Assembly (NCBI GenBank): GCA_032718475.1 | Contig: JAUCBJ010008862.1 | Coordinates: 57,624 to 121,623 of the forward strand | Length of the DNA: 64,000 bases | Reading direction: 5' to 3' | Source of the DNA: Nemertoderma westbladi | Taxonomy: Eukaryota; Animalia; Xenacoelomorpha | In this document: piece after piece, positions 51,533 to 64,000 of the stretch | How positions within the stretch are numbered: the first letter of the stretch is position 1 | How the letters are laid out: each line of letters opens with the position of its first letter | Position numbers and translations under genes: made by a program | Notes under the pieces: model-generated | Seen by the model: the letters and a program-made list of their open reading frames with translations, nothing else | What the model was told of the DNA's origin: nothing | Database searches by the model: none

Positions 51533-52795
51533 ATGGTTAAAAGTTGTACATCTAAGAGTTTCAGGGATAAAATAATTAAGGACAACGATGACAGTGAATT
51601 TATTAAAGAATGTGGTTCCCGTGAAAGTATCCCAAATAGTCAGGAAGCTTCTTCTAAAGAAAGTTGTAGTACGGACCTCAGTAACACAAGCCAATCAACT
51701 GTCCCCTATTCCACTCCACCCCAGCCATCCAATGACAACGCAGCGACGCAAAGCAAGCAGATAGAAACGCGAATAGACGAAATACAACTGGTCTGTAAGA
51801 CTGAGTTTATTTGGGTTAACAATAACAACAGACGCCCGTCAAAGCGAGTACGCGTATCCCCCTTGGAAGAAGTGCGTTCCCCCCAAGACAACGTACGTTC
51901 CCCCCAAGACGACGTACGTTCCCCCCAAGTCGACGTGCGTTCCACCCAGAAATATGAGCGTTCCCCCCAGATAGATGAGCGTCCCCCCCAGATAGATGAG
52001 CGTCCCCCCCAGATTGAGGGAGGTTCGGATTGGTCCACAGAATCTCGCGCACCTGAACCGGGCGAATCAACAGTTCTTACAACTCTACCCTCAACACCAG
52101 AAGCTCTTAGAACCTGCGACCCATTGTATAATAATATGCCACCGGGTAGCGATGAGTCATTCGGTCCGCCGTACCTTGGGAAGGTAGTAAAAGGTGTCAA
52201 TAACCTCGACCATGCCAAGCGCCGGTTGGAAGCTGAGCGCGAAGAGTTGGTGCTAGCTAGTGACGTCACAAGTCGTCTGGAGTCTATCGATAGGGCCGTC
52301 GATCTGTCGTCACGCCATTGTCAGTCGCTGATTCGGGCGTGGAACGCGTTCCACTCGCAGAAACGGGGCGCCGAAGCGCGGAACGTGTGGCCGCCCCCGG
52401 GCGATGTGGATGTAGCAGCGGGACGGGGTTTACATTCGTTGGAACGGGAACTAGAGCCATTGGAACCGAAATCCCGGCCATCTGAGCGGAAATCCCGGCC
52501 ATCGGAAGAGGAATTCCAGTCGTGTTCGGATCGATCGCAATCCACCACGGCGCAACAGGTAGTCGATAACTCAGCTCGGTGTCACGCCGCAGGGCGAGGG
52601 TTCCTCGACCGTGACTGCTCCTGTCCCTGGGGTTTCGTTGTCGCTATTTGCGGTTTGGCGTTGTTCTATTGTCTGATCTGGGTGTATTGGCCCCACTTAC
52701 AGAAACCTTTCAAACATTTTTGTTACTTACACAGTTATAGAGTAGATAAAGACATCCCTCTTGTAGTCGTTATCATGAGAAACATCCCTCTTTAA
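51533..52795 (+). CDS. Intronless 420-aa protein of unknown function: disordered N-half, 7-aa repeats, coiled coil, C-terminal TM helix
   Basis: ATG-initiated ORF, more GC-rich than its flanks. It carries VRSPQDD-type repeats and hydrophobic WGFVVAICGLALFYCLIWVYW. AATAAA lies at ~52837. Confidence 0.7.
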   Translation: MVKSCTSKSFRDKIIKDNDDSEFIKECGSRESIPNSQEASSKESCSTDLSNTSQSTVPYSTPPQPSNDNAATQSKQIETRIDEIQLVCKTEFIWVNNNNRRPSKRVRVSPLEEVRSPQDNVRSPQDDVRSPQVDVRSTQKYERSPQIDERPPQIDERPPQIEGGSDWSTESRAPEPGESTVLTTLPSTPEALRTCDPLYNNMPPGSDESFGPPYLGKVVKGVNNLDHAKRRLEAEREELVLASDVTSRLESIDRAVDLSSRHCQSLIRAWNAFHSQKRGAEARNVWPPPGDVDVAAGRGLHSLERELEPLEPKSRPSERKSRPSEEEFQSCSDRSQSTTAQQVVDNSARCHAAGRGFLDRDCSCPWGFVVAICGLALFYCLIWVYWPHLQKPFKHFCYLHSYRVDKDIPLVVVIMRNIPL

Positions 52796-53624
52796 ATTAT
52801 ATCAACTAATATTGATTTCTTGCCCATTTGTTTTTTAATAAACCACTTATGTTATATACAACATCTACTGAAGACTTATAATCTGATAGCATTTTATAAG
52901 TTTACAGCACGAGAATTGAATGAATCTTACTAAAAGAGACCAAAACTAATTTTGAAACTGTTTTCGCCATAAATATTGTTTGGCCCAATGAAATTTTAAC
53001 CTGTAAAAAGTTTTCTTGGTGAATCAGAGGTTGACAAATCCGGGTGACTTGTTTCCAAGATGTGAAATGTTACAAAACTTTTGTTTTTGGATGAAATTGT
53101 GTCAACAAAATGAAATATTTGCTTGTTCTTCTGAAATCTTACTCCATTTGCCATGTTTTATCTCGATATCTCTTGATTGTAGCCCCTCTCAACCATACCT
53201 TAATCAAAAACTGTTAAAATTTCCCATATAACTGGGAAATTTAATTCTATAGTTAAAATTAAGCGAACAAATTTAGGGAAACCGTCGAAAGTGACCCGGT
53301 ATTATCCCCTTACTTCCCAGCAAATGTCCCATGTGACAAAAGTGTCATTCTGAGATAATCACACTTTGGCGTTTGTGTTTACCTACACATTACAGTTGAT
53401 GTTGGCATTCTGTATTTTTGCATGCAAGTACAGGGATGTTCCTCAAAATGTTTACTTTCAAAATAACTTTTTCAAAAATTTCAAAATTATCTTGCATATA
53501 TCAGGCAGTATTGTACATAAGACCTTTTCTGTTTATGTCTATTCGATTTTTACTGTACATTGACTATTTTACTCCAGGATATTATCATTCACTGTTGTTC
53601 ATATGATCTCAGAACCTTATTGGT

Positions 53625-56600
53625 AAGTTAAATTGGGTCTCATAGGACATCTGTATGAGTATAACTCTGATTCTCAAGTTAAGTTAGGTCTCATAGGGCC
53701 TCTGTATGAGTATAACTCTGATTCTCAAGTTAAGTTAGGTCCCATAGGACCTCTGTATGAGTATAACTCTGATTCTCAAGTTAAGTTAGGTCTCATAGGA
53801 CCTCTGTATGAGTATAACTCTGATTCTCAAGTTAAGTTAGGTCCCATAGGACCTCTGTATGAGTATAACTCTGATTCTCAAGTTAAGTTAGGTCCCATAG
53901 GACCTCTGTATGAGTATAACTCTGATTCTCAAGTTAAGTTAGGTCTCATAGGGCCTCTGTATGAGTATAACTCTGATTCTCAAGTTAAGTTAGGTCCCAT
54001 AGGACCTCTGTATGAGTATAACTCTGATTCTCAAGTTAAGTTAGGTCCCATAGGACCTCTGTATGAGTATAACTCTGATTCTCAAGTTAAGTTAGGTCTC
54101 ATAGGGCCTCTGTATGAGTATAACTCTGATTCTCAAGTTAAGTTAGGTCCCATAGGACCTCTGTATGAGTATAACTCTGATTCTCAAGTTAAGTTAGGTC
54201 CCATAGGACCTCTGTATGAGTATAACTCTGATTCTCAAGTTAAGTTAGGTCCCATAGGACCTCTGTATGAGTATAACTCTGATTCTCAAGTTAAGTTAGG
54301 TCCCATAGGACCTCTGTATGAGTATAACTCTGATTCTCAAGTTAAGTTAGGTCCCATAGGACCTCTGTATGAGTATAACTCTGATTCTCAAGTTAAGTTA
54401 GGTCCCATAGGACCTCTGTATGAGTATAACTCTGATTCTCAAGTTAAGTTAGGTCTCATAGGACCTCTGTATGAGTATAACTCTGATTCTCAAGTTAAGT
54501 TAGGTCTCATAGGACCTCTGTATGAGTATAACTCTGATTCTCAAGTTAAGTTAGGTCTCATAGGACCTCTGTATGAGTATAACTCTGATTCTCAAGTTAA
54601 GTTAGGTCCCATAGGACCTCTGTATGAGTATAACTCTGATTCTCAAGTTAAGTTAGGTCTCATAGGACCTCTGTATGAGTATAACTCTGATTCTCAAGTT
54701 AAGTTAGGTCTCATAGGACCTCTGTATGAGTATAACTCTGATTCTCAAGTTAAGTTAGGTCCCATAGGACCTCTGTATGAGTATAACTCTGATTCTCAAG
54801 TTAAGTTAGGTCCCATAGGACCTCTGTATGAGTATAACTCTGATTCTCAAGTTAAGTTAGGTCCCATAGGACCTCTGTATGAGTATAACTCTGATTCTCA
54901 AGTTAAGTTAGGTCCCATAGGACCTCTGTATGAGTATAACTCTGATTCTCAAGTTAAGTTAGGTCCCATAGGACCTCTGTATGAGTATAACTCTGATTCT
55001 CAAGTTAAGTTAGGTCCCATAGGACCTCTGTATGAGTATAACTCTGATTCTCAAGTTAAGTTAGGTCCCATAGGACCTCTGTATGAGTATAACTCTGATT
55101 CTCAAGTTAAGTTAGGTCCCATAGGACCTCTGTATGAGTATAACTCTGATTCTCAAGTTAAGTTAGGTCCCATAGGACCTCTGTATGAGTATAACTCTGA
55201 TTCTCAAGTTAAGTTAGGTCTCATAGGACCTCTGTATGAGTATAACTCTGATTCTCAAGTTAAGTTAGGTCCCATAGGACCTCTGTATGAGTATAACTCT
55301 GATTCTCAAGTTAAGTTAGGTCCCATAGGACCTCTGTATGAGTATAACTCTGATTCTCAAGTTAAGTTAGGTCCCATAGGACCTCTGTATGAGTATAACT
55401 CTGATTCTCAAGTTAAGTTAGGTCTCATAGGGCCTCTGTATGAGTATAACTCTGATTCTCAAGTTAAGTTAGGTCCCATAGGACCTCTGTATGAGTATAA
55501 CTCTGATTCTCAAGTTAAGTTAGGTCCCATAGGACCTCTGTATGAGTATAACTCTGATTCTCAAGTTAAGTTAGGTCTCATAGGGCCTCTGTATGAGTAT
55601 AACTCTGATTCTCAAGTTAAGTTAGGTCCCATAGGACCTCTGTATGAGTATAACTCTGATTCTCAAGTTAAGTTAGGTCCCATAGGACCTCTGTATGAGT
55701 ATAACTCTGATTCTCAAGTTAAGTTAGGTCCCATAGGACCTCTGTATGAGTATAACTCTGATTCTCAAGTTAAGTTAGGTCCCATAGGGCCTCTGTATGA
55801 GTATAACTCTGATTCTCAAGTTAAGTTAGGTCCCATAGGACCTCTGTATGAGTATAACTCTGATTCTCAAGTTAAGTTAGGTCCCATAGGACCTCTGTAT
55901 GAGTATAACTCTGATTCTCAAGTTAAGTTAGGTCCCATAGGGCCTCTGTATGAGTATAACTCTGATTCTCAAGTTAAGTTAGGTCCCATAGGACCTCTGT
56001 ATGAGTATAACTCTGATTCTCAAGTTAAGTTAGGTCTCATAGAGCCTATGTATGAGTGTAACTCTGATTCTCAAGTTAAGTTAGGTCCCATAGGACCTCT
56101 GTATGAGTATAACTCTGATTCTCAAGTTAAGTTAGGTCTCATAGGGCCTCTGTATGAGTATAACTCTGATTCTCAAGTTAAGTTAGGTCCCATAGGACCT
56201 CTGTATGAGTATAACTCTGATTCTCAAGTTAAGTTAGGTCCCATAGGACCTCTGTATGAGTATAACTCTGATTCTCAAGTTAAGTTAGGTCCCATAGGAC
56301 CTCTGTATGAGTATAACTCTGATTCTCAAGTTAAGTTAGGTCCCATAGGGCCTCTGTATGAGTATAACTCTGATTCTCAAGTTAAGTTAGGTCCCATAGG
56401 ACCTCTGTATGAGTATAACTCTGATTCTCAAGTTAAGTTAGGTCCCATAGGACCTCTGTATGAGTATAACTCTGATTCTCAAGTTAAGTTAGGTCCCATA
56501 GGGCCTCTGTATGAGTATAACTCTGATTCTCAAGTTAAGTTAGGTCCCATAGGACCTCTGTATGAGTATAACTCTGATTCTCAAGTTAAGTTAGGTCTCA

Positions 56601-58366
56601 TAGAGCCTATGTATGAGTGTAACTCTGATTCTCAAGTTAAGTTAGGTCCCATAGGACCTCTGTATGAGTATAACTCTGATTCTCAAGTTAAGTTAGGTCC
56701 CATAGGACCTCTGTATGAGTATAACTCTGATTCTCAAGTTAAGTTAGGTCCCATAGGACCTCTGTATGAGTATAACTCTGATTCTCAAGTTAAGTTAGGT
56801 CCCATAGGACCTCTGTATGAGTATAACTCTGATTCTCAAGTTAAGTTAGGTCTCATAGGGCCTCTGTATGAGTATAACTCTGATTCTCAAGTTAAGTTAG
56901 GTCCCATAGGACCTCTGTATGAGTATAACTCTGATTCTCAAGTTAAGTTAGGTCCCATAGGGCCTCTGTATGAGTATAACTCTGATTCTCAAGTTAAGTT
57001 AGGTCTCATAGGGCCTCTGTATGAGTATAACTCTGATTCTCAAGTTAAGTTAGGTCTCATAGAGCCTATGTATGAGTGTAACTCTGATTCTCAAGTTAAG
57101 TTAGGTCCCATAGGACCTCTGTATGAGTATAACTCTGATTCTCAAGTTAAGTTAGGTCCCATAGGACCTCTGTATGAGTATAACTCTGATTCTCAAGTTA
57201 AGTTAGGTCTCATAGAGCCTATGTATGAGTGTAACTCTGATTCTCAAGTTAAGTTAGGTCCCATAGGACCTCTGTATGAGTATAACTCTGATTCTCAAGT
57301 TAAGTTAGGTCTCATAGGGCCTCTGTATGAGTATAACTCTGATTCTCAAGTTAAGTTAGGTCCCATAGGACCTCTGTATGAGTATAACTCTGATTCTCAA
57401 GTTAAGTTAGGTCCCATAGGACCTCTGTATGAGTATAACTCTGATTCTCAAGTTAAGTTAGGTCCCATAGGACCTCTGTATGAGTATAACTCTGATTCTC
57501 AAGTTAAGTTAGGTCCCATAGGGCCTCTGTATGAGTATAACTCTGATTCTCAAGTTAAGTTAGGTCCCATAGGACCTCTGTATGAGTATAACTCTGATTC
57601 TCAAGTTAAGTTAGGTCCCATAGGACCTCTGTATGAGTATAACTCTGATTCTCAAGTTAAGTTAGGTCCCATAGGGCCTCTGTATGAGTATAACTCTGAT
57701 TCTCAAGTTAAGTTAGGTCCCATAGGACCTCTGTATGAGTATAACTCTGATTCTCAAGTTAAGTTAGGTCTCATAGAGCCTATGTATGAGTGTAACTCTG
57801 ATTCTCAAGTTAAGTTAGGTCCCATAGGACCTCTGTATGAGTATAACTCTGATTCTCAAGTTAAGTTAGGTCCCATAGGACCTCTGTATGAGTATAACTC
57901 TGATTCTCAAGTTAAGTTAGGTCCCATAGGACCTCTGTATGAGTATAACTCTGATTCTCAAGTTAAGTTAGGTCCCATAGGACCTCTGTATGAGTATAAC
58001 TCTGATTCTCAAGTTAAGTTAGGTCTCATAGGGCCTCTGTATGAGTATAACTCTGATTCTCAAGTTAAGTTAGGTCCCATAGGACCTCTGTATGAGTATA
58101 ACTCTGATTCTCAAGTTAAGTTAGGTCCCATAGGGCCTCTGTATGAGTATAACTCTGATTCTCAAGTTAAGTTAGGTCTCATAGGGCCTCTGTATGAGTA
58201 TAACTCTGATTCTCAAGTTAAGTTAGGTCTCATAGAGCCTATGTATGAGTGTAACTCTGATTCTCAAGTTAAGTTAGGTCCCATAGGACCTCTGTATGAG
58301 TATAACTCTGATTCTCAAGTTAAGTTAGGTCCCATAGGACCTCTGTATGAGTATAACTCTGATTCT
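53625..58366. repeat. 51-bp satellite (~93 copies)
   Basis: Unit aagttaagttaggtcccataggacctctgtatgagtataactctgattctc, with an internal hairpin aggtcc-cata-ggacct. Confidence 0.97.
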
Positions 58367-58454
58367 AAGAAAATGTCACATAGAACCTTTTTATGCTCAG
58401 CCCTTCAATTATTAGGTTCAAAATAATCGCCAAAGTCCAACAATAAACACAAAA

Positions 58455-61400
58455 CCCAGCTCCGGGTCACTGGGTTAGAATTAGTTGAGAGCCCCAGCTC
58501 CGGGTCACTGTGTTAGAATTAGTTGAGAGCCCCAGCTCCGGGTCACTGTGTTAGAATTAGTTGAGAGCCCCAGCTCCGGGTCACTGGGTTAGAATTAGTT
58601 GAGAGCCCCAGCTCCGGGTCACTGTGTTAGAATTAGTTGAGAGCCCCAGCTCCGGGTCACTGGGTTAGAATTAGTTGAGAGCCCCAGCTCCGGGTCACTG
58701 GGTTAGAATTAGTTGAGAGCCCCAGCTCCGGGTCACTGTGTTAGAATTAGTTGAGAGCCCCAGCTCCGGGTCACTGTGTTAGAATTAGTTGAGAGCCCCA
58801 GCTCCGGGTCACTGGGTTAGAATTAGTTGAGAGCCCCAGCTCCGGGTCACTGTGTTAGAATTAGTTGAGATCCGCCAAGTAAACACAAAACCCAGCTCCG
58901 GGTCACTGGGTTAGAATTAGTTGAGAGCCCCAGCTCCGGGTCACTGTGTTAGAATTAGTTGAGAGCCCCAGCTCCGGGTCACTGGGTTAGAATTAGTTGA
59001 GAGCCCCAGCTCCGGGTCACTGTGTTAGAATTAGTTGAGAGCCCCAGCTCCGGGTCACTGTGTTAGAATTAGTTGAGAGCCCCAGCTCCGGGTCACTGTG
59101 TTAGAATTAGTTGAGATCCGCCAAGTCAGGTTGGGTGAGTCCAACAATAAACACAAAACCCAGCTCCGGGTCACTGTGTTAGAATTAGTTGAGAGCCCCA
59201 GCTCCGGGTCACTGGGTTAGAATTAGTTGAGATCCGCCAAGTCAGGTTGGGTGAGTCCAACAATAAACACAAAACCCAGCTCCGGGTCACTGTGTTAGAA
59301 TTAGTTGAGAGCCCCAGCTCCGGGTCACTGTGTTAGAATTAGTTGACCAACAATAAACACAAAACCCAGCTCCGGGTCACTGGGTTAGAATTAGTTGAGA
59401 GCCCCAGCTCCGGGTCACTGTGTTAGAATTAGTTGAGAGCCCCAGCTCCGGGTCACTGTGTTAGAATTAGTTGAGAGCCGCCAAGTCAGGTTGGGTGACC
59501 CAGCTCCGGGTCACTGTGTTAGAATTAGTTGAGAGCCCCAGCTCCGGGTCACTGTGTTAGAATTAGTTGAGAGCCCCAGCTCCGGGTCACTGTGTTAGAA
59601 TTAGTTGAGAGCCCCAGCTCCGGGTCACTGTGTTAGAATTAGTTGAGAGCCCCAGCTCCGGGTCACTGTGTTAGAATTAGTTGAGAGCCCCAGCTCCGGG
59701 TCACTGTGTTAGAATTAGTTGACCAACAATAAACACAAAACCCAGCTCCGGGTCACTGGGTTAGAATTAGTTGAGAGCCCCAGCTCCGGGTCACTGTGTT
59801 AGAATTAGTTGAGAGCCCCAGCTCCGGGTCACTGTGTTAGAATTAGTTGAGAGCCCCAGCTCCGGGTCACTGTGTTAGAATTAGTTGAGAGCCCCAGCTC
59901 CGGGTCACTGTGTTAGAATTAGTTGAGAGCCCCAGCTCCGGGTCACTGTGTTAGAATTAGTTGAGAGCCCCAGCTCCGGGTCACTGGGTTAGAATTAGTT
60001 GAGAGCCCCAGCTCCGGGTCACTGTGTTAGAATTAGTTGAGAGCCCCAGCTCCGGGTCACTGTGTTAGAATTAGTTGAGAGCCCCAGCTCCGGGTCACTG
60101 TGTTAGAATTAGTTGAGAGCCCCAGCTCCGGGTCACTGTGTTAGAATTAGTTGAGAGCCCCAGCTCCGGGTCACTGTGTTAGAATTAGTTGAGAGCCCCA
60201 GCTCCGGGTCACTGTGTTAGAATTAGTTGAGAGCCCCAGCTCCGGGTCACTGGGTTAGAATTAGTTGAGAGCCCCAGCTCCGGGTCACTGTGTTAGAATT
60301 AGTTGAGAGCCCCAGCTCCGGGTCACTGTGTTAGAATTAGTTGAGAGCCCCAGCTCCGGGTCACTGTGTTAGAATTAGTTGAGAGCCCCAGCTCCGGGTC
60401 ACTGTGTTAGAATTAGTTGAGAGCCCCAGCTCCGGGTCACTGTGTTAGAATTAGTTGAGAGCCCCAGCTCCGGGTCACTGGGTTAGAATTAGTTGAGAGC
60501 CCCAGCTCCGGGTCACTGTGTTAGAATTAGTTGAGAGCCCCAGCTCCGGGTCACTGTGTTAGAATTAGTTGAGAGCCCCAGCTCCGGGTCACTGTGTTAG
60601 AATTAGTTGAGAGCCCCAGCTCCGGGTCACTGTGTTAGAATTAGTTGAGAGCCCCAGCTCCGGGTCACTGGGTTAGAATTAGTTGAGAGCCACAGCTCCG
60701 GGTCACTGTGTTAGAATTAGTTGAGAGCCCCAGCTCCGGGTCACTGTGTTAGAATTAGTTGAGAGCCCCAGCTCCGGGTCACTGGGTTAGAATTAGTTGA
60801 GAGCCCCAGCTCCGGGTCACTGTGTTAGAATTAGTTGAGAGCCCCAGCTCCGGGTCACTGGGTTAGAATTAGTTGAGAGCCCCAGCTCCGGGTCACTGTG
60901 TTAGAATTAGTTGAGAGCCCCAGCTCCGGGTCACTGGGTTAGAATTAGTTGAGAGCCCCAGCTCCGGGTCACTGTGTTAGAATTAGTTGAGAGCCCCAGC
61001 TCCGGGTCACTGTGTTAGAATTAGTTGAGAGCCCCAGCTCCGGGTCACTGTGTTAGAATTAGTTGAGAGCCCCAGCTCCGGGTCACTGTGTTAGAATTAG
61101 TTGAGAGCCCCAGCTCCGGGTCACTGTGTTAGAATTAGTTGAGATCCGCCAAGTCAGGTTGGGTGACCCAGCTCCGGGTCACTGTGTTAGAATTAGTTGA
61201 GAGCCCCAGCTCCGGGTCACTGTGTTAGAATTAGTTGAGAGCCCCAGCTCCGGGTCACTGTGTTAGAATTAGTTGAGATCCGCCAAGTCAGGTTGGGTGA
61301 CCCAGCTCCGGGTCACTGTGTTAGAATTAGTTGAGAGCCCCAGCTCCGGGTCACTGGGTTAGAATTAGTTGAGAGCCCCAGCTCCGGGTCACTGTGTTAG

Positions 61401-64000
61401 AATTAGTTGAGATCCGCCAAGTCAGGTTGGGTGACCCAGCTCCGGGTCACTGTGTTAGAATTAGTTGAGAGCCCCAGCTCCGGGTCACTGGGTTAGAATT
61501 AGTTGAGAGCCCCAGCTCCGGGTCACTGGGTTAGAATTAGTTGAGAGCCCCAGCTCCGGGTCACTGTGTTAGAATTAGTTGAGATCCGCCAAGTCAGGTT
61601 GGGTGACCCAGCTCCGGGTCACTGTGTTAGAATTTGTTGAGAGCCCCAGCTCCGGGTCACTGTGTTAGAATTAGTTGAGAGCCCCAGCTCCGGGTCACTG
61701 TGTTAGAATTAGTTGAGATCCGCCAAGTCAGGTTGGGTGACCCAGCTCCGGGTCACTGTGTTAGAATTAGTTGAGAGCCCCAGCTCCGGGTCACTGGGTT
61801 AGAATTAGTTGAGAGCCCCAGCTCCGGGTCACTGTGTTAGAATTAGTTGAGATCCGCCAAGTCAGGTTGGGTGACCCAGCTCCGGGTCACTGTGTTAGAA
61901 TTAGTTGAGAGCCCCAGCTCCGGGTCACTGGGTTAGAATTAGTTGAGAGCCCCAGCTCCGGGTCACTGGGTTAGAATTAGTTGAGAGCCCCAGCTCCGGG
62001 TCACTGTGTTAGAATTAGTTGAGAGCCCCAGCTCCGGGTCACTGGGTTAGAATTAGTTGAGAGCCCCAGCTCCGGGTCACTGTGTTAGAATTAGTTGAGA
62101 GCCCCAGCTCCGGGTCACTGTGTTAGAATTAGTTGAGATCCGCCAAGTCAGGTTGGGTGACCCAGCTCCGGGTCACTGTGTTAGAATTAGTTGAGAGCCC
62201 CAGCTCCGGGTCACTGGGTTAGAATTAGTTGAGAGCCCCAGCTCCGGGTCACTGGGTTAGAATTAGTTGAGAGCCCCAGCTCCGGGTCACTGTGTTAGAA
62301 TTAGTTGAGAGCCCCAGCTCCGGGTCACTGGGTTAGAATTAGTTGAGAGCCCCAGCTCCGGGTCACTGTGTTAGAATTAGTTGAGATCCGCCAAGTCAGG
62401 TTGGGTGACCCAGCTCCGGGTCACTGTGTTAGAATTAGTTGAGAGCCCCAGCTCCGGGTCACTGGGTTAGAATTAGTTGAGAGCCCCAGCTCCGGGTCAC
62501 TGGGTTAGAATTAGTTGAGAGCCCCAGCTCCGGGTCACTGTGTTAGAATTAGTTGAGATCCGCCAAGTCAGGTTGGGTGACCCAGCTCCGGGTCACTGTG
62601 TTAGAATTAGTTGAGAGCCCCAGCTCCGGGTCACTGTGTTAGAATTAGTTGAGAGCCCCAGCTCCGGGTCACTGGGTTAGAATTAGTTGAGAGCCCCAGC
62701 TCCGGGTCACTGGGTTAGAATTAGTTGAGAGCCCCAGCTCCGGGTCACTGTGTTAGAATTAGTTGAGATCCGCCAAGTCAGGTTGGGTGACCCAGCTCCG
62801 GGTCACTGTGTTAGAATTAGTTGAGAGCCCCAGCTCCGGGTCACTGTGTTAGAATTAGTTGAGAGCCCCAGCTCCGGGTCACTGGGTTAGAATTAGTTGA
62901 GAGCCCCAGCTCCGGGTCACTGTGTTAGAATTAGTTGAGATCCGCCAAGTCAGGTTGGGTGACCCAGCTCCGGGTCACTGTGTTAGAATTAGTTGAGATC
63001 CGCCAAGTCAGGTTGGGTGACCCAGCTCCGGGTCACTGTGTTAGAATTAGTTGAGAGCCCCAGCTCCGGGTCACTGTGTTAGAATTAGTTGAGAGCCCCA
63101 GCTCCGGGTCACTGGGTTAGAATTAGTTGAGAGCCCCAGCTCCGGGTCACTGTGTTAGAATTAGTTGAGATCCGCCAAGTCAGGTTGGGTGACCCAGCTC
63201 CGGGTCACTGTGTTAGAATTAGTTGAGAGCCCCAGCTCCGGGTCACTGTGTTAGAATTAGTTGAGAGCCCCAGCTCCGGGTCACTGGGTTAGAATTAGTT
63301 GACCAACAATAAACACAAAACCCAGCTCCGGGTCACTGGGTTAGAATTAGTTGACCAACAATAAACACAAAACCCAGCTCCGGGTCACTGGGTTAGAATT
63401 AGTTGACCAACAATAAACACAAAACCCAGCTCCGGGTCACTGGGTTAGAATTAGTTGACCAACAATAAACACAAAACCCAGCTCCGGGTCACTGGGTTAG
63501 AATTAGTTGACCAACAATAAACACAAAACCCAGCTCCGGGTCACTGTGTTAGAATTAGTTGACCAACAATAAACACAAAACCCAGCTCCGGGTCACTGGG
63601 TTAGAATTAGTTGACCAACAATAAACACAAAACCCAGCTCCGGGTCACTGGGTTAGAATTAGTTGACCAACAATAAACACAAAACCCAGCTCCGGGTCAC
63701 TGGGTTAGAATTAGTTGACCAACAATAAACACAAAACCCAGCTCCGGGTCACTGGGTTAGAATTAGTTGACCAACAATAAACACAAAACCCAGCTCCGGG
63801 TCACTGGGTTAGAATTAGTTGACCAACAATAAACACAAAACCCAGCTCCGGGTCACTGTGTTAGAATTAGTTGACCAACAATAAACACAAAACCCAGCTC
63901 CGGGTCACTGGGTTAGAATTAGTTGACCAACAATAAACACAAAACCCAGCTCCGGGTCACTGGGTTAGAATTAGTTGACCAACAATAAACACAAAACCCA
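58455..64000. repeat. Composite satellite: 34-bp core with alternative linkers (38-, ~58- and 52-bp units), running off the window
   Basis: Core cccagctccgggtcactg(t/g)gttagaattagttga followed by gagc, gatccgccaagtcaggttgggtga or ccaacaataaacacaaaa. Confidence 0.96.

Noticed and set aside
53633-58426. 1597-aa ORF of 17-aa repeats
   Set aside because: There is no ATG start and no unique domain. A 51-bp unit keeps frame trivially and the DNA-level homogeneity is that of a satellite. It is not strictly excluded without RNA data.
58455-64000. CRISPR-like repeat/spacer appearance
   Set aside because: The linkers are three recurring sequences rather than unique spacers. The context is eukaryotic and there are no cas genes.

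Overview
This is eukaryotic (metazoan-like, AT-rich) genomic DNA, roughly half of it tandem repeats. It holds a complete 8-exon ABTB1 gene (+, CDS 3368-30068, about 481 aa). An intronless type I PIP5K gene lies antisense in ABTB1 intron 4, and a decayed RTE-type LINE lies in intron 5. A second spliced + strand gene has a CP110-like N-terminus (37870-48710, 3' end unresolved). There is also an intronless 420-aa ORF with a C-terminal TM segment, many non-autonomous TIR elements and SINEs, and a tRNA-Ser pseudogene. The most striking signal is three independent satellites (38-bp x ~113, 55-bp x 7, 34-bp x ~224) that are tandem amplifications of real exon/intron donor junctions. Each intron is therefore paved with copies of its own AG|GT splice site. 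In two of the arrays the unit also looks like a 3' splice site, which suggests arrays of recursive-splicing (ratchet) points. All coordinates and copy numbers were read by eye.
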